A stretch of DNA of 64,000 nt, from positions 762,359-826,358 of the forward strand of contig JAQGDQ010000012.1 of NCBI GenBank assembly GCA_030141605.1, written 5' to 3'. Under the pieces are notes generated by a model. That model was given only the letters and a program-made list of their open reading frames with translations. It searched no databases and was not told where the DNA came from. A program made the position numbers and the translations under genes. This DNA comes from Tubiluchus corallicola (taxonomy: Eukaryota > Animalia > Priapulida). Below, piece after piece: positions 10,924 through 29,304 of the stretch; within the stretch, counting starts at the first letter, position 1; each line of letters starts with the position of its first letter.

Positions 10924-13269
10924 TATTGTCCTGCAAATCTATATGAAAGCAACAGGTTTCACAATTTTCGGTAACCAGTGAAAAGAAAACTTCAAATGTC
11001 TTGCCTCAGGAATAACATCCGCTTCCGCTGGTTTTTTTCTGCCGGCAATATGGATCTTGTTTTCAGCATCAGGTTGGTGTAAAAGCGAACAGAGGTTACA
11101 TAAGGTATCTTATGCTCAACAAATCAGTAATATAATGCAACATCCATTTACGTATATTTCGTCCGCTGTCCTACGCAGTCACATGATCTGCACTTCGTCA
11201 CGTGACTAATACGTCATGGCCTAACCAAAGAATGAAGCCAGTGTAGCAAGCCTATGCCTGTACCTAGCATAAGCTTAAACGAGTGGGCCTTTTAATAACC
11301 GAAGTCTTCAAAGACAGTGCCTACGCTAATAATAATTGTGGAGTACTTTAATATACATGAAACGTTCTTGATTATATTGCACTTAGTGACCCACGGGGCT
11401 TACTTTGATGGAAACGTGCTTGCGGCTCACTTTCCGGTGAGCTGGCTTCAGGGGGCGGATCTAGAAATCTTCATAACCTGCGTTGTTAATAAATATGGTA
11501 AATTAAAAAATAGAGCTTTTCTTTGAATGCCGTATTTGATTTATTTCCGACTTTTCTCGCCTTACTAAAACAAGCTCTTCAACAATTCTAAACGCAACTC
11601 TCGTCGTTGATCGGCGATCCTGCTTATCGCGTGAGTAAATTAACCTGATTTATAGCAAAGCAAACATAATGGCGCTTCACAAAAGAATATTAGATTACGG
11701 TCGAAAGCGTTGATAATTGCAAGTACATTGTTACAAATGATTGGCGATTGAGTTTCCAGAAGTTTATCAGAACAGTTATAACGGTAATCAACAAAAGCTT
11801 CCACTTAAAAAACATTTTTTCTGGTCACGTGTATGCGCTTTGCAATGACACCGCTAGTGTAATTCACAATTTGTCCTATCTCGAAAATTAGTAATATGTT
11901 TACGAAAAAGCAAATGACCCGTAAAGGTGGCATTAAGGTGGCAACAGCTACAATGCTTCCACTTTATTGTCAGTAGATGCCACCTAATTACATATAAACC
12001 TACAGTATTTAGGCATATAGTTTTGGTATCGCTATAGAATTATACTGAAATTATTGTTGAATTGGCTAGACTTGGATTATCTTTAAATGCATCAGATGTT
12101 GAAAAACTGTGAATGAACGAGTTTGAGGTACTATGCTTGTAATATGATTTACCAGATCAATAGTTATTTAGGAGTGCTGGTACACGATATGTTTGATAGA
12201 ACAGGTTTCAGCTCATATAAGTGACCACTTGCACCAGCATGAAATGGAAAATAATAATAACTAATTAGCTATTATAAGTTTAGCGACTGAAATCTTTTAC
12301 TAAATGGGGAAAACTTATCAAATTGTGGCGCCTAATTAACTAGTGCGACGGACAAATTCAATTTAATCTCACATATTTCTTTTTGGTCGTTCGATTCGTT
12401 CTATCCTGCTACACGTGCCATCCTCAGCGCGCATTCGACAATCCATAATGTGGACAACGTTTAACTGATTACTGTTTACTTTACTGGAAGCTAGATTAAT
12501 TAAGCAAACGCCATTTCTATAATTATAACAGGTTTCTTGGAAACCTAGCCAAGTGAAGTTAACGCGCAGAGCTAGACGTGTCACGAATTGCTCAAAAAAA
12601 TTATGTAAAACATTACAACAATTTGGCGAAATCTAATGTAAATAGTAATAAAGCAAAAGTAAAATATCAGTACAGACAATACTATTTCTGTACCAGGACT
12701 TGATATTTAATAGACACACTACTTGGATACGCCATGTGAATGGCTTTTAAAAGTTTATCGTCGTCGGTAAATGACCTGTCAAACACATTAAGAGCAGTTT
12801 TGCTTTTTCCTTTCCGGAATTCTCCCGATCCAGGAAGCCGCGCGGTTCAACAATCGCCCAAGTGCGAGAGATTTCCGGGAATCATGGTGATGAAGCCATG
12901 TAAAGTTGAGTATAAACGAAACCTACTTGCAGAGGTGGAGTGATGACATTGCATCCGGTAGACGCCGACGGTTAGACTGGTTGAAGCTACGCTCCATATG
13001 CTATTACAAAAATAATAAGTGCTATTTTTGTTCTTACATTTCAAAAAACACAATATCTAGTACCAATACCAATACTTGGCACTCAGAGGAGGGCAGATCT
13101 TCGCATAGATAAAGCAACCCTAAACATGTTTATATAACTCTTTTGATGGAAAACTGAAATTAAAACAGAAGTAGTATAATGCCAGTGTTTATTTGTTCAC
13201 AACCAAAATGATGCTGGTTATGTTGTGAACTCATTTATCAAACAATATAACTGATCCATATCAGTACAA

Positions 13270-13390
13270 AAAATTTAATGGTTCTTCTTTCTACAACGCT
13301 TCGTGGAAATTGTTTTTGTGTGTAATTTTGCTAACTAACAGACAAGTAAACAAAGCGTGGTGAAGACATAACCTCCTTGGCGGAAGCAAT
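13270..13390 (-). mobile_element. Helentron/HINE-like non-autonomous element fragment (opposite orientation to 8320)
   Basis: Ends gtaattttgctaactaacagacaagtaaacaaa...gaagacataacctccttggcggaag, the reverse complement of the 8320 terminus. Confidence 0.55.
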
Positions 13391-13557
13391 GATGGAAAAC
13401 ATTTTACTGCATCGTTTGCTTGGTGAAATGTTACAGCAGCTTAGTTATAATAGCGGAAACATTTTATAGCCTGTCGTACAACTCATACTCGTAAACGTTA
13501 TAGCAAGTCAGTTCACTTTTAGAGTATGTCACTTGATGATATTAAAGGTTAGAACAA

Positions 13558-13561
<4 letters not shown>

Positions 13562-13598
<37 letters not shown>
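13562..13598. repeat. (TA)n microsatellite
   Basis: Directly visible. Confidence 0.95.
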
Positions 13599-13601
<3 letters not shown>

Positions 13602-14850
13602 CTGAGGAAGAGAGACGAAATGTAGCCAAGTCGTAAGAAGCGAAGCAATCCTTTACGCAGCTTATAATGGTAGGCTGGTCAATGACTACAAGGTATCATT
13701 TAAGGCCAAAGCCACTTTTCTTGGAAATTTAACGCCGTTCAGTTAACACCGTCTTAAAATAAACTATTACTTACTTACTCACGTGGGTGCTAGAGTGCAG
13801 AGAGCAACTGCATGCATAGATTTTCGTTAGTTCAGATGACCGACTGAGCTGACTTAAGGCAAAATTTAAAACTTGGAGAGGTCCGATCTTTTGCTGGCCT
13901 CTTAAAATTTGAAACCGGGCGTCAGAAAAGGTCGAGATACCGACCAGTGTTATATTTTGATATTTAGGGTGCTGTGACTTCAAAAATGCAAACCCAGTAC
14001 TCCACCTAGGAAAGCTCACTTGGAGCGATTAGGTGCAGGAACGCCACCTAGGTATGAGATTCTCAACAGTATCATAAAACTACAAGAGTAGTTCAGAACT
14101 AACAGAATTGTACAATCAATTATTTAGTTATCATTTAGCTTGCAACAGTTCACTTAGCTATTAAGTCAATTATTTTAGCACAAGGCCCTTTAGGTCTATT
14201 AATTCTGGTTCATGACAGCATATACTGTTATAATGATTGTCCATTCTTACTATTCAGTACTAGCGTACTCTAGTACACCAGTACTATTTACTATAGATGA
14301 GCCGACCTTTGGCCAGATTAAATATGTACTCTTCCACGTTACTTAGAGATCCGGAACCACGTGTATGTAGTTTGGCAAAACAAGGATAGCCAGTAAATTT
14401 TGTGGTACTTTGCAACTCTACGCCACCACCAGTTTTATTAATGTTCATGATTTAACATCTTCGGTCATTTATTAGACATCACGAAATAGTTTAGTTTCAG
14501 TTAATAATGAAAACATTTTAGGTCCTCAAATTTGCATGTCTGAATATAGGCATGATCGTTATGCAAAAGCTTTGTTTTTATGTCAACAAACGCATGAGTT
14601 TCAATAAATTACTTACGGCAAAGTGCAAAGAACGAACAAATCTGTGGTAAAAATGATAAACTAACGTGAACAACACCTCAATGTTAGAAGACCATGATAA
14701 ATGTCGAAGATAAGAATATTTACGTAATTATGATTATGTTCGATGACGCCTTGCCATTTCAAAGCAGCTTCAATGGTTTAGCTTGTCTGTATATTTTTTG
14801 CAAAATATTTTGGGAGTCGCGTACCTTCGTGCATCACTTGCTCGCTTAAA

Positions 14851-21277
<6,427 letters not shown>

Positions 21278-23892
21278 CATTTTCAGAGCGTAATTTCCGC
21301 TCCTATTATAATAATTAAATGGTGAAATTGAGTTTTATTTATAATTCTAACAGTTAAGCCTACTGTTAAACTGTAACATTGTAAGTATTACGTGCGTAGA
21401 ATGACGTTTTGATGCGTATGGAATTATGCTTATTTAGTAATAATGATTCATCTATACTCTTATATTAATATTCTTGGTATATATATATATAAGATTCGAG
21501 GCTACAGCCCGGACGAGGGCACCATTTGCGGCGATCTATACATCAAACGAAAGGTCTCGATCTAGTGTCTTCTAATTGGGAGTTTATTTTTCGAATCGGG
21601 CCCACCGGGAGGAACGGGGGGCGAAAATTGATTATTAAAAAGCCAATCAGTTCATTTTAATTTTTATAGTGCATCGCTGAAATGTGTAACACCGGTTCGT
21701 TTTGTTTTTCTGTATTTCTGCTACATATTTCATGTACTGTGTATGAGACACGTAGCAATTTTCATCGTAATTTTCAAATCTTAATTAGCTATAGCAATAT
21801 CTATTCCCTGAAGTAACTATTACAATAAGCATTAAATCTTAGTTCAACATGCGGATTATTCGGTATAAAAATTTAACACTGCATGACTATAACAGGATCA
21901 GTGTGACACAACCTGCTGAGATCAGAAAGTTTATAATGATAGTTGTCATTATACTACTGATATTAATTAAATTCCTTTTAGTGAAACTTCTGGAAAATTA
22001 GGCTTATGTCAATGTTCACAAAACATGTTAGAAGGATTTAGCAATAAAGTGTGACAAACGCCTCGTGTAATTTGTAAAATCACTTTAAAGTCGCGACCAT
22101 TTCACGCTTGGGCGCTCCCATTTTGAATGCCCATTCTTCCACAAATGACGTCGTTCATCGGCTGAAGAAAACAACACACTGTCAATTTACGGTAGAAATA
22201 TAATAAGTTTTCAAAAAATTAGATAGCCCATTTGGGGTTAACTTTTGCAAGAACATTTGATAAGCTGCAGAAGTTTGAATTAGTAGCAGTAGTAGTAGTG
22301 TATATGTATATGTATGTATGAATGTATGTATGTATAATGTATATACATTTGTCATATTCACTACCCAAATACGATTCGGAGTGCCAAGATCGTTAGTAAT
22401 TCATTGACCACCTAAAGATAGACAATAGGCAGGCCGGTAAAGCTGTTACTTTTCTGCGTTTTTTCTGCTTAACGCATCACGAACAGTTGACTGAATTTAC
22501 CTTTAATAAAAATGAAACCTCTTCTTGATAAGTTTGTTTTTGTACTAAATATCGTGGTTATTTTCATTGTGTTGTAAGTAATATTTTGTGTTTTTTGTAC
22601 TTAATTTGCACTTTCCTTTTGTCTTAATTTGTACTTTGGCTTCATTTCTTCATTGTGGTTCTCTCGTGCTAACAATATTCTGGCGTGTTACAGAGAGATA
22701 AAAATAGGATTGAACTGACTGAACAACAAAAAGTGCATTTTGCTGAAATAACTTTCTGAATTAGAAAAATTTTGTAATACACTGTGCGTGTACGCACGTT
22801 GCTATTGCTGAGCCACAATATTCAACGAATGTCCGTTCATCTATTATACAGTAACGCTCGTTGGGCAAACAGACACTAGGCTCTGCTGTAAAAGTAGCTT
22901 AATTCTTAGAACCACTTCCGTTTAAACACTGATCAGTACTTGAGTACCTCAGAAATAGGGGTAGACATCGAATGTTCGATTTGATTCGATTGGAACGAGC
23001 TTTTTATTTCAGTTCAATTCAACCCCATTACTTTCGTTCCTTGTCATTAAGACTTTTGAAATATCGTGCACTATCTTTTAACAAATTACAAGTAGTCTTT
23101 ACTGTAGAATGAAAACAATAAACGCAAAATTTTGCGAGCTGTTGTAAAATGAAAATAAAATTAATAGTGAGAGCGGCAATTATTTGATCAGTGTTTGCGA
23201 TCACCTGCACTCTACAGACTATACTGCGGGTCATGTTATAGTAGATAAGAAAATATCTGCTTTGTTAACACGACCTATAGAAGCAAGCACTTATTTGGTT
23301 TCCTTGTCGAAGACAACTTAAGTGAAAATAGATTCACTAGACTGCTAACTGTGCCAAACTATATTACTGTGCTGCTTACAGAGAATATAATATCTGTTAT
23401 ACAAGTTAATCATTATAGTCTTACTGGAAAATTCGTGGCCATGTTACATGCACATCATTTCTGATTTAAAATCTAAGTCTTTTGTATACATTGTTATTTT
23501 TATTACTGATTCGAAATTTGTTCGAATATCTTTAAAACTGTATTCAATTTCTGTATTCGGTTTCAAAATTTTGAAATTTGACGTGATTTGAATTCAAAGG
23601 TCAAAAATGCGATTCGAATTCTATTTCTGATTCGTGCTTGAACAGTCCACAGACACACCGTCGCGGAAAAGTCTGATGTAAAGGCAAAGGTGCGCGTCAA
23701 AAAAGTTTATAAATTACTGGAAGATTTCCGCTTGCATATTCACCGAGACACTACACCTACGTTAACGCGCGGTTAATCTATTTTTGCAATTTCTACTGTA
23801 ATACTATATACCGTGTTTTCATTTACCTCGTGTTAATTTACTAATATCCTTAATTTTTTCAACACGCAGTTTACTTTTTCTCACTGTGAGTG

Positions 23893-26800
23893 ATGAATAC
23901 GTTCCGGGCTGCGTGCTGTTTGTACCGTCGATCACTTTGTAAAAATCTGTTAATTATTCGTGGGCTGGCCGTTGCGACAAATACAGAATCTATCCCACTT
24001 GTTGTTCGCCCTGAGGAAGTAAAGCGTTTGCTAGATGAAAATGGTAGCATTCGCCTCCTAGAAATTGGTGTTCAGGAAGACGATTTTAATGTAAATCACA
24101 TTCCGGGAGCTCAATTCTACGGTCGAAAACGCCCGGAATGTGAATATAAAAGTACAGTAGTAAAGGGTAATCTTCCAAGACGTTCTGATTTTGAAACGTA
24201 TTGTAGAAACCTTGGAATTAGTAACAATACTCATGTTATAGCATACGAACGTCATGATAAAGGCATTTTCAATGGACCAAGATTGTGGTGGACTTTCAGG
24301 GTTTTTGGACACAATCGTGTGTCCATAATGGGTGGCGGGATAGCGAAATGGGTAGCTAATGGCTATCCAGTGACTGATCTTGTAGAACCTGTACCCAAAG
24401 GTGATTTTGTTGCAAAATTTAGGCCAGAACTAATCAAAACCTTTGTGGATGTAGAAAGGAATTTGATGGATGGTAGGTGTCAGCTAATTGATGCGAGAGG
24501 TGCATCACGTTTTGACGGAAATGAACCGGAACCAACAGAAGGTAAGCAGCAAATTAGTAAATAAGGAGTAGTATATATCTTTTTTGGTTGCTTGATCATG
24601 TTGCAATTCACACCGGGATTGTGTGTAAATGTATCATTTTGTGGAAGTGCACTGAAATTGAAAACTCCTTACCAAATCAGTGCAACTCAAGCTCAGGCAG
24701 GCTGCATTTAAGCTGAAACTGAACAGGAACATCATTAAAGCTATTAAAATTCCATAATCTTTATCTGGGATTATGTTATGTTTTTGTTTATGCAGACTGT
24801 GGAGATTAGCTGGACAGCGGACAGAGAAGGAAAAATTTAAATTTATATGCAACTGTTTTAACTGATATCATTTGGTTTGTGAAATTCATAACTGACTTTA
24901 ATCATTTTTGTTGACAGCTAATATTTTTTTGAACCACATCAGTAATATTAAACAGCAATCAAACATTCGTAATTATGGCGTTACTGTGTCTGCTCTTACT
25001 CAACTTTTCTTACTTATCAAAGAAAGCCTTTCCATTTAATATACATCAGTAGCATAACAGACCTAGTACCTAACCAAGGCATCTCTATCCTTTATCTCTC
25101 ACTATTCTAGTACTCCCCACTGTTCTGTTCCATTATACCGATCCCTATGTTGTTATTGATATGTTCTAATTCATTGACAGGCATCAACATAGTTATAGGC
25201 AATTAACTTCTGCCTATATATTAACTCGTTACACTGATGATGACACCAGTATCATCATAGGTGTTCACAAACATTTGGCAATTTTAGTGTGTTGATCATA
25301 TTTTAAATAAATTTTTATGATTTTTATACCCTATCTAGTTTTGAAAATTGAAATGTCCAAGAGTAACGAAAAGTCGGAACTGAGCCTGGATTTGAACCAG
25401 CAACCCTTGGATTACAAAATTCAGTACCTTGATTGGTGACCACTAGACCATAGTCATTATACAGTTTCTTGTGATAAAAGTAGGTTCTTTTGGTTATAAT
25501 AGCTCGCCAGCCAATCCACACACCTTAAAAGAAACATCACTCTTGCAACCATTAGCATAATGGCTAACTAACTGGAGGAAGCACTGAAAAATTGTGGATC
25601 AACTAGGAACCTTCTGCTTATATGGTAAATGCTCATCCATGCAGCTCCTGGCAGAGCTGGCCTGAATTATCACTGTAGCAGCACACAATTAATCACAGCT
25701 ACCTATCCGTTACTAGTGATATAATATCACACACAGTCATGCACACACACATGCACTACAGCACATACACTAGATCTCTAAATCTGTAGATGCTTTTACC
25801 CGCACTTTCAATCCAGTGTTTGTTTTTTAGTTATTGATATCCATTATTAATATTATTGTGTCTCTTCTTTTTTTCATGACAGAACTTGAATCTGGGCACA
25901 TACCTGGAGCGATCAATTTCCCTTATGCAGACTTACTTGATGACGACACCAAGACTATGAAGGCACCAGAAGAATTAAGAAAAGTATTTTCCTACTAAAT
26001 TTCATGCTACCTACTCAAGACCTGTCAAAAGTGTTGTAACGTTTGATATTCTCTTGCTTGCTTGCAAGCTTGCTCGGTGTTGATTTTATAGCAATGCCAG
26101 ATCATGGCTCAGTATCGAGGATAATACTCTTAAGATGAGCCAAAGACTCAAAAATGTAGAAAAACTGGTATACTCAGCCTGCATCTTGAAACTTATTAGT
26201 GACTTCATGCTAAAAAATAGGTAATCCTGGTACTAGCAAACTATCTGTGCTTAAAGTGAGGTTGACTTAGAGAGATTTGGCTTTCTGGGCTTTCTATTTT
26301 CAGTAATATTTGTTTTCAGAAAACATGTATAAGTGCATGAACGATGAATAATTTGTTTGGCTGTTCCTGAACTTTGTTAATTTCTTGATCCTGTATCCTA
26401 AATTAAACGCTGTGCCTACTGCCTTTTCTCTTTGCGCTGTTGGCAATATTCATTGGTAAACCAGTTTTAATTTGTTATAAAAGCTATACTTCTGTTATTC
26501 TGTTGAGGTAGCTTTTAGTTTTATGGCTCTTGCCTCTAGAAACTGAATTGGTTTTTATGACATGATAAAAGTTTTTGAGTATCTTGGGCAAGTATATAAT
26601 AATTATATGTACCTATATACAGTTCTGCCTGACTGCAAGCGAGTGTTCAGGACTTAATGCACAGCCTGTAACTAGCAGTGTTGATGATTATGATAAAATA
26701 TTCATTATTAAGGGTAAATTCTTCTGAGATGAGACAACAAATTGCCAGCAGTGCTTTTTTAGATGTCTACATCCTCCCTTAACAGAAGAAATAGCAGAAG

Positions 26801-27428
26801 CATTGTGGCAGATGAAACTAACCTGAATCTATTTTTTTGGTGGTCATCAATCCATTTACTAGCTATAGTTGCCACATTGCTTAGCTTTGCAGCCAAATAC
26901 ACACCTATTTGCATTTTCCCACCTTTACAACAGTATGCATTCCAATTGTTCTTCTCAGTATGATGGCCCAAAACTCCCTAATCTGACCAAAAGCACACGA
27001 TCACATGTAAATATTTTAGGCTTGTCTGTATCTTGTAAGATGTAGCATTATTTCATGTCACACACTTGAAAAACCAGACTTAAATGTTATTCATTATTTT
27101 ATGGGTTTACTTGTTTGTAGACATTGTAACAGCTAATTACTGTGTATTATAACTAGTGTCGCTAAAATGATCTAAAATGAATGTGTTAAGCAAATATTTT
27201 TACTCTTAAATTGTCACATTAACTTTTACATTACAGGTTTTTAAAGAAAAAGGTATAGATTTGCAGAAGCCTATAATTAGCATGTGTGGTCAAGGTGTTA
27301 CAGCCTGCATTGCATCGCTTGCTGCGCACATGTGCAACGTAGAAGATGTACCAGTTTATGACGGTTCTTGGATGGATTGGTATCTATATAAAAATCCGCA
27401 TGTAGTTGCTGAACTACCGAAAGAGTGA
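23893..27428 (+). CDS. Double-rhodanese sulfurtransferase (TST/MPST family), divergent paralog 1, 313 aa, active-site loop CGQGVT
   Basis: Exons 23893-24541, 25883-25983 and 27237-27428 (942 nt). Motifs: HIPGA, RLWWTFRVFGH, GGGIAKW, IDAR, EPEP, SGHIPGAIN, CGQGVTAC, VYDGSWMDW. The N-terminus is Arg-rich and free of acidic residues, suggesting a mitochondrial transit peptide. Confidence 0.93.
25300..25455 (-). mobile_element. tRNA-derived SINE copy
   Basis: Reverse strand has A-box TGGTCTAGTGG and B-box GGTTCAAATCC followed by AGGCT, then a tail containing aaaatttatttaa like the 3971 copy. Confidence 0.6.
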
Positions 27429-29304
27429 GTGAAAGTTGCAAGTAGCTCTCTGTTCTGGCACTAACTAAGCCGCCATAGAGAATGTTTCATTTGCACCAGG
27501 AAGAACCTGATTCGTGATAGACTGATGTTACTTTGCTTAGATTTTGCATTTAATGGTTAGGCATCGCATTAATTACTAATTGGTAATATGTAGTCAAAAT
27601 TGCTTTGGAATTTATTATGAAGACAGATTTTGCATTGTGTGAACCTTAATGTGCTTGATATAGCTTATGGTGCTTCCGTAGCGTACTTAAGGAAGAATAG
27701 GGCGTAGCACTCACCTGCAAGGCCTGCTATCAATGGCAGTTAGTAACTTAGTCTTCACTGTGACAAGTGAAACTGCTCAGAAGCTATCTCCCAATTGTCA
27801 CCCAACTATTTCTAAATGGGCCAGGGTTCCTTAACTTTGTGACTATTGTGTGTACCTGACTGCTCAGTGAACCCTCTAGCTTCTAAACTGTTACTATGTA
27901 AATGCAGTATTAGCGTGCTAAACATGCTTTTGCACAAATTACAGAAAACTCATCATGATGTTAAGTAAAATATAAAAAAATCTATTTTGTTGTCTGTATA
28001 TGTATGATGAGAAATTTCATGCACTAGCTTGTGTTCAGCTTGTCTTAAATATGTACTATGAGATTAATGAGAGTTACAGGAGATGGAAATTATTGTTAGT
28101 GGTCTAGTGGAAACTTTAACAATCAATTTTTATTATATTTAAGTGTTAAGATAACTAATATATACACATATTTTACAGCTATAGGTTATTGTACGTGCTG
28201 TGTGTTTTTTTAACAATGCAGAGTAAATTTTAAAAAACTGAGGCCTCGTGTTGCATATATTACCAACTTTTATAGATTTATCCCATTTGGGATAATTTAC
28301 CCCTGTTCCTATTCCTCTTTCTAAAACTTCAGCACCTGAGTCTGAATAAGACTACTATATATTATGCAATCAGAGATGTGCATAAAGATTGTACTAATTT
28401 AATCACATGATAATATTAAAAGAAAATACTACAAGTTTACAGATACTTAAAAGCTGTTACATGTTTATTCACATATTAATCTTTTTAATTTTTTTCAAAG
28501 AAATGCTTTTTAATGCTGTTCTGTAATTAGCGTACTATTTAACTCAAGTACAGTAAAAAATTTCAAAACATAAACAGTATAAATAAACACTACTGACTTT
28601 GTAAAAATTCATAAAAAAATATAATCACTGTTGTTCTCTGTAAAGCATGAAATGTGGTGCTACATATATAATTCTATGTGCTGCTGTGTGTACTTGACAA
28701 GCGAAGAGTAGGTTACACTCTAGTTCAGCGAGCAATTGGTCCAATTGTGTTATGACAGACCTGGTAGTAATTATTATTAAATTGATTGTGTTTTAATCCT
28801 TGTCTTTGTCGTTTTATATTTCAATGTTTTGCATTTGCATTTTACTTGTCTGGTAAAATGTACATCGTACAGCAACACTAGAATAAATTAAAACAATTTT
28901 TTCTAGCTACGCTAACCGACCTTCGAGATTCAACCTTTAGATAACATTTAAAAAACCTTTCAGTCTGATAGGTTTACCGCTAATCATTAAAATGAAGAGT
29001 TCTCGGCAATTAGTAAGCTATTTTCATTTTGTAAGTTATTCCATTTGTGCAATTATTCCAAACTTCTAATAAACCAAATCGAACATATGGTTAATGACGA
29101 TTTGCACCGATAGATAGCGCTGTGATCGCTTCTCTGGTACAACTTCAACATTGCTTGGCTGGTTTCTGCCTTTGCATGTCGATACCCTTGCTGGTTAAGT
29201 ACAACTCAGTAACGTTTTGTTGTGCGTGTAGATATTACAGTATTTGCAATTTTTCTGCAGCCTGCTGCGTTTTCGGCATGCCGGTACCATTCAGTTTATT
29301 TGCA

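Noticed and set aside
12740-13112. Overlapping short ORFs in a GC-richer patch
   Set aside because: In-frame stops, no splice-consistent model and no recognisable motif; at most a decayed transposon fragment.
21490-23650. GC-rich patch at 21490-21625 and TTCGAA-rich patches at 22956-23650 as ncRNA or regulatory elements
   Set aside because: They resemble eroded non-autonomous transposon fragments; no ends or TSDs could be defined, so they were not called.
29122-29304. Long N-terminal extension of the MPST ORF given in the track
   Set aside because: It starts at GTG under prokaryotic start rules and has no family similarity; most likely promoter or 5'UTR.
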